A stretch of 64,000 bases of DNA from an uncultured Candidatus Rokubacteria bacterium (lineage in GTDB: Bacteria > Methylomirabilota > Methylomirabilia > Rokubacteriales > CSP1-6), in the NCBI GenBank assembly GCA_963754315.1, contig CAVWFS010000007.1:448001-512000 (forward strand), given 5' to 3'. How positions within the stretch are numbered: the stretch's first letter is position 1; every line of letters begins with the position of its first letter. Under the pieces are notes generated by a model. That model worked only from the letters and a program-made list of their open reading frames with translations. It was not told the DNA's origin and did no database searches. The position numbers and the translations under genes are program-made. This document shows positions 63,908 through 64,000 of the stretch, one piece after another.

Positions 63908-64000
63908 GCCGCAACCTCCCTCGGGACCCTGCCTTGGCGCCGGCTAGGCATCCCCGAAACGCGCAGTGACAACGAGCGCATAGTAGGCCTATGAATCATT

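Noticed and set aside
61799..63994. 731-aa plus-strand ORF, and many similar long antisense ORFs
   Set aside because: Shadow ORFs antisense to clear genes (here pstS/pstC); expected in high-GC DNA and lacking motifs.
1..64000. CRISPR arrays, tRNA/rRNA, prophage or defence systems
   Set aside because: No repeat-spacer periodicity, cloverleaf/rRNA signatures, or phage/defence motifs were recognised by eye.

Overview
High-GC bacterial DNA. The first gene's C-terminus and the general gene content resemble soil Rokubacteria (Methylomirabilota), but that is inference only. No rRNA, tRNA or CRISPR array was recognised. The window has two halves. (1) About 1-27 kb is a mosaic of redox/stress genes (ADH, a MerA/RclA-like disulfide reductase, a Mo-oxidoreductase/FNR/CxxC trio, msrA, an NDH-2-like enzyme, NmrA/SDRs, cupins, YciI+ECF42, GH15), mixed with gene remnants, a decayed rve-type IS and a degenerate 390-bp duplication. 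(2) About 27.8-64 kb is a phosphorus island with 11-bp-periodic Pho-box-like repeats upstream of several units. It holds a 2-aminoethylphosphonate (AEP) ABC transporter; AEP biosynthesis genes (Ppd, AEP transaminase, PEP mutase-nucleotidyltransferase) directly downstream of a lipid-remodelling operon (GT4, a class-III aminotransferase fused to DUF962/Mpo1, PEMT, a PlcP-like phosphoesterase); broken phoD, phoX and ppk1; an ECF/anti-sigma pair with a propeller-cupredoxin gene; a module with a FezA/PacL-like protein, an HMA2 protein, a Cys-less P1B ATPase, an HMA2-Ca-type ATPase and an atypical MetK, flanked by two paralogous proteins with 22-aa amphipathic repeats; and pstSCAB-pstS2 followed by a degenerate Fic gene. 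The best candidates for undescribed systems are the lipid/phosphonate super-operon and the putative Pho-controlled metal/polyphosphate compartment module. Many genes have small indels, so some 'pseudogenes' may be sequencing or consensus errors.
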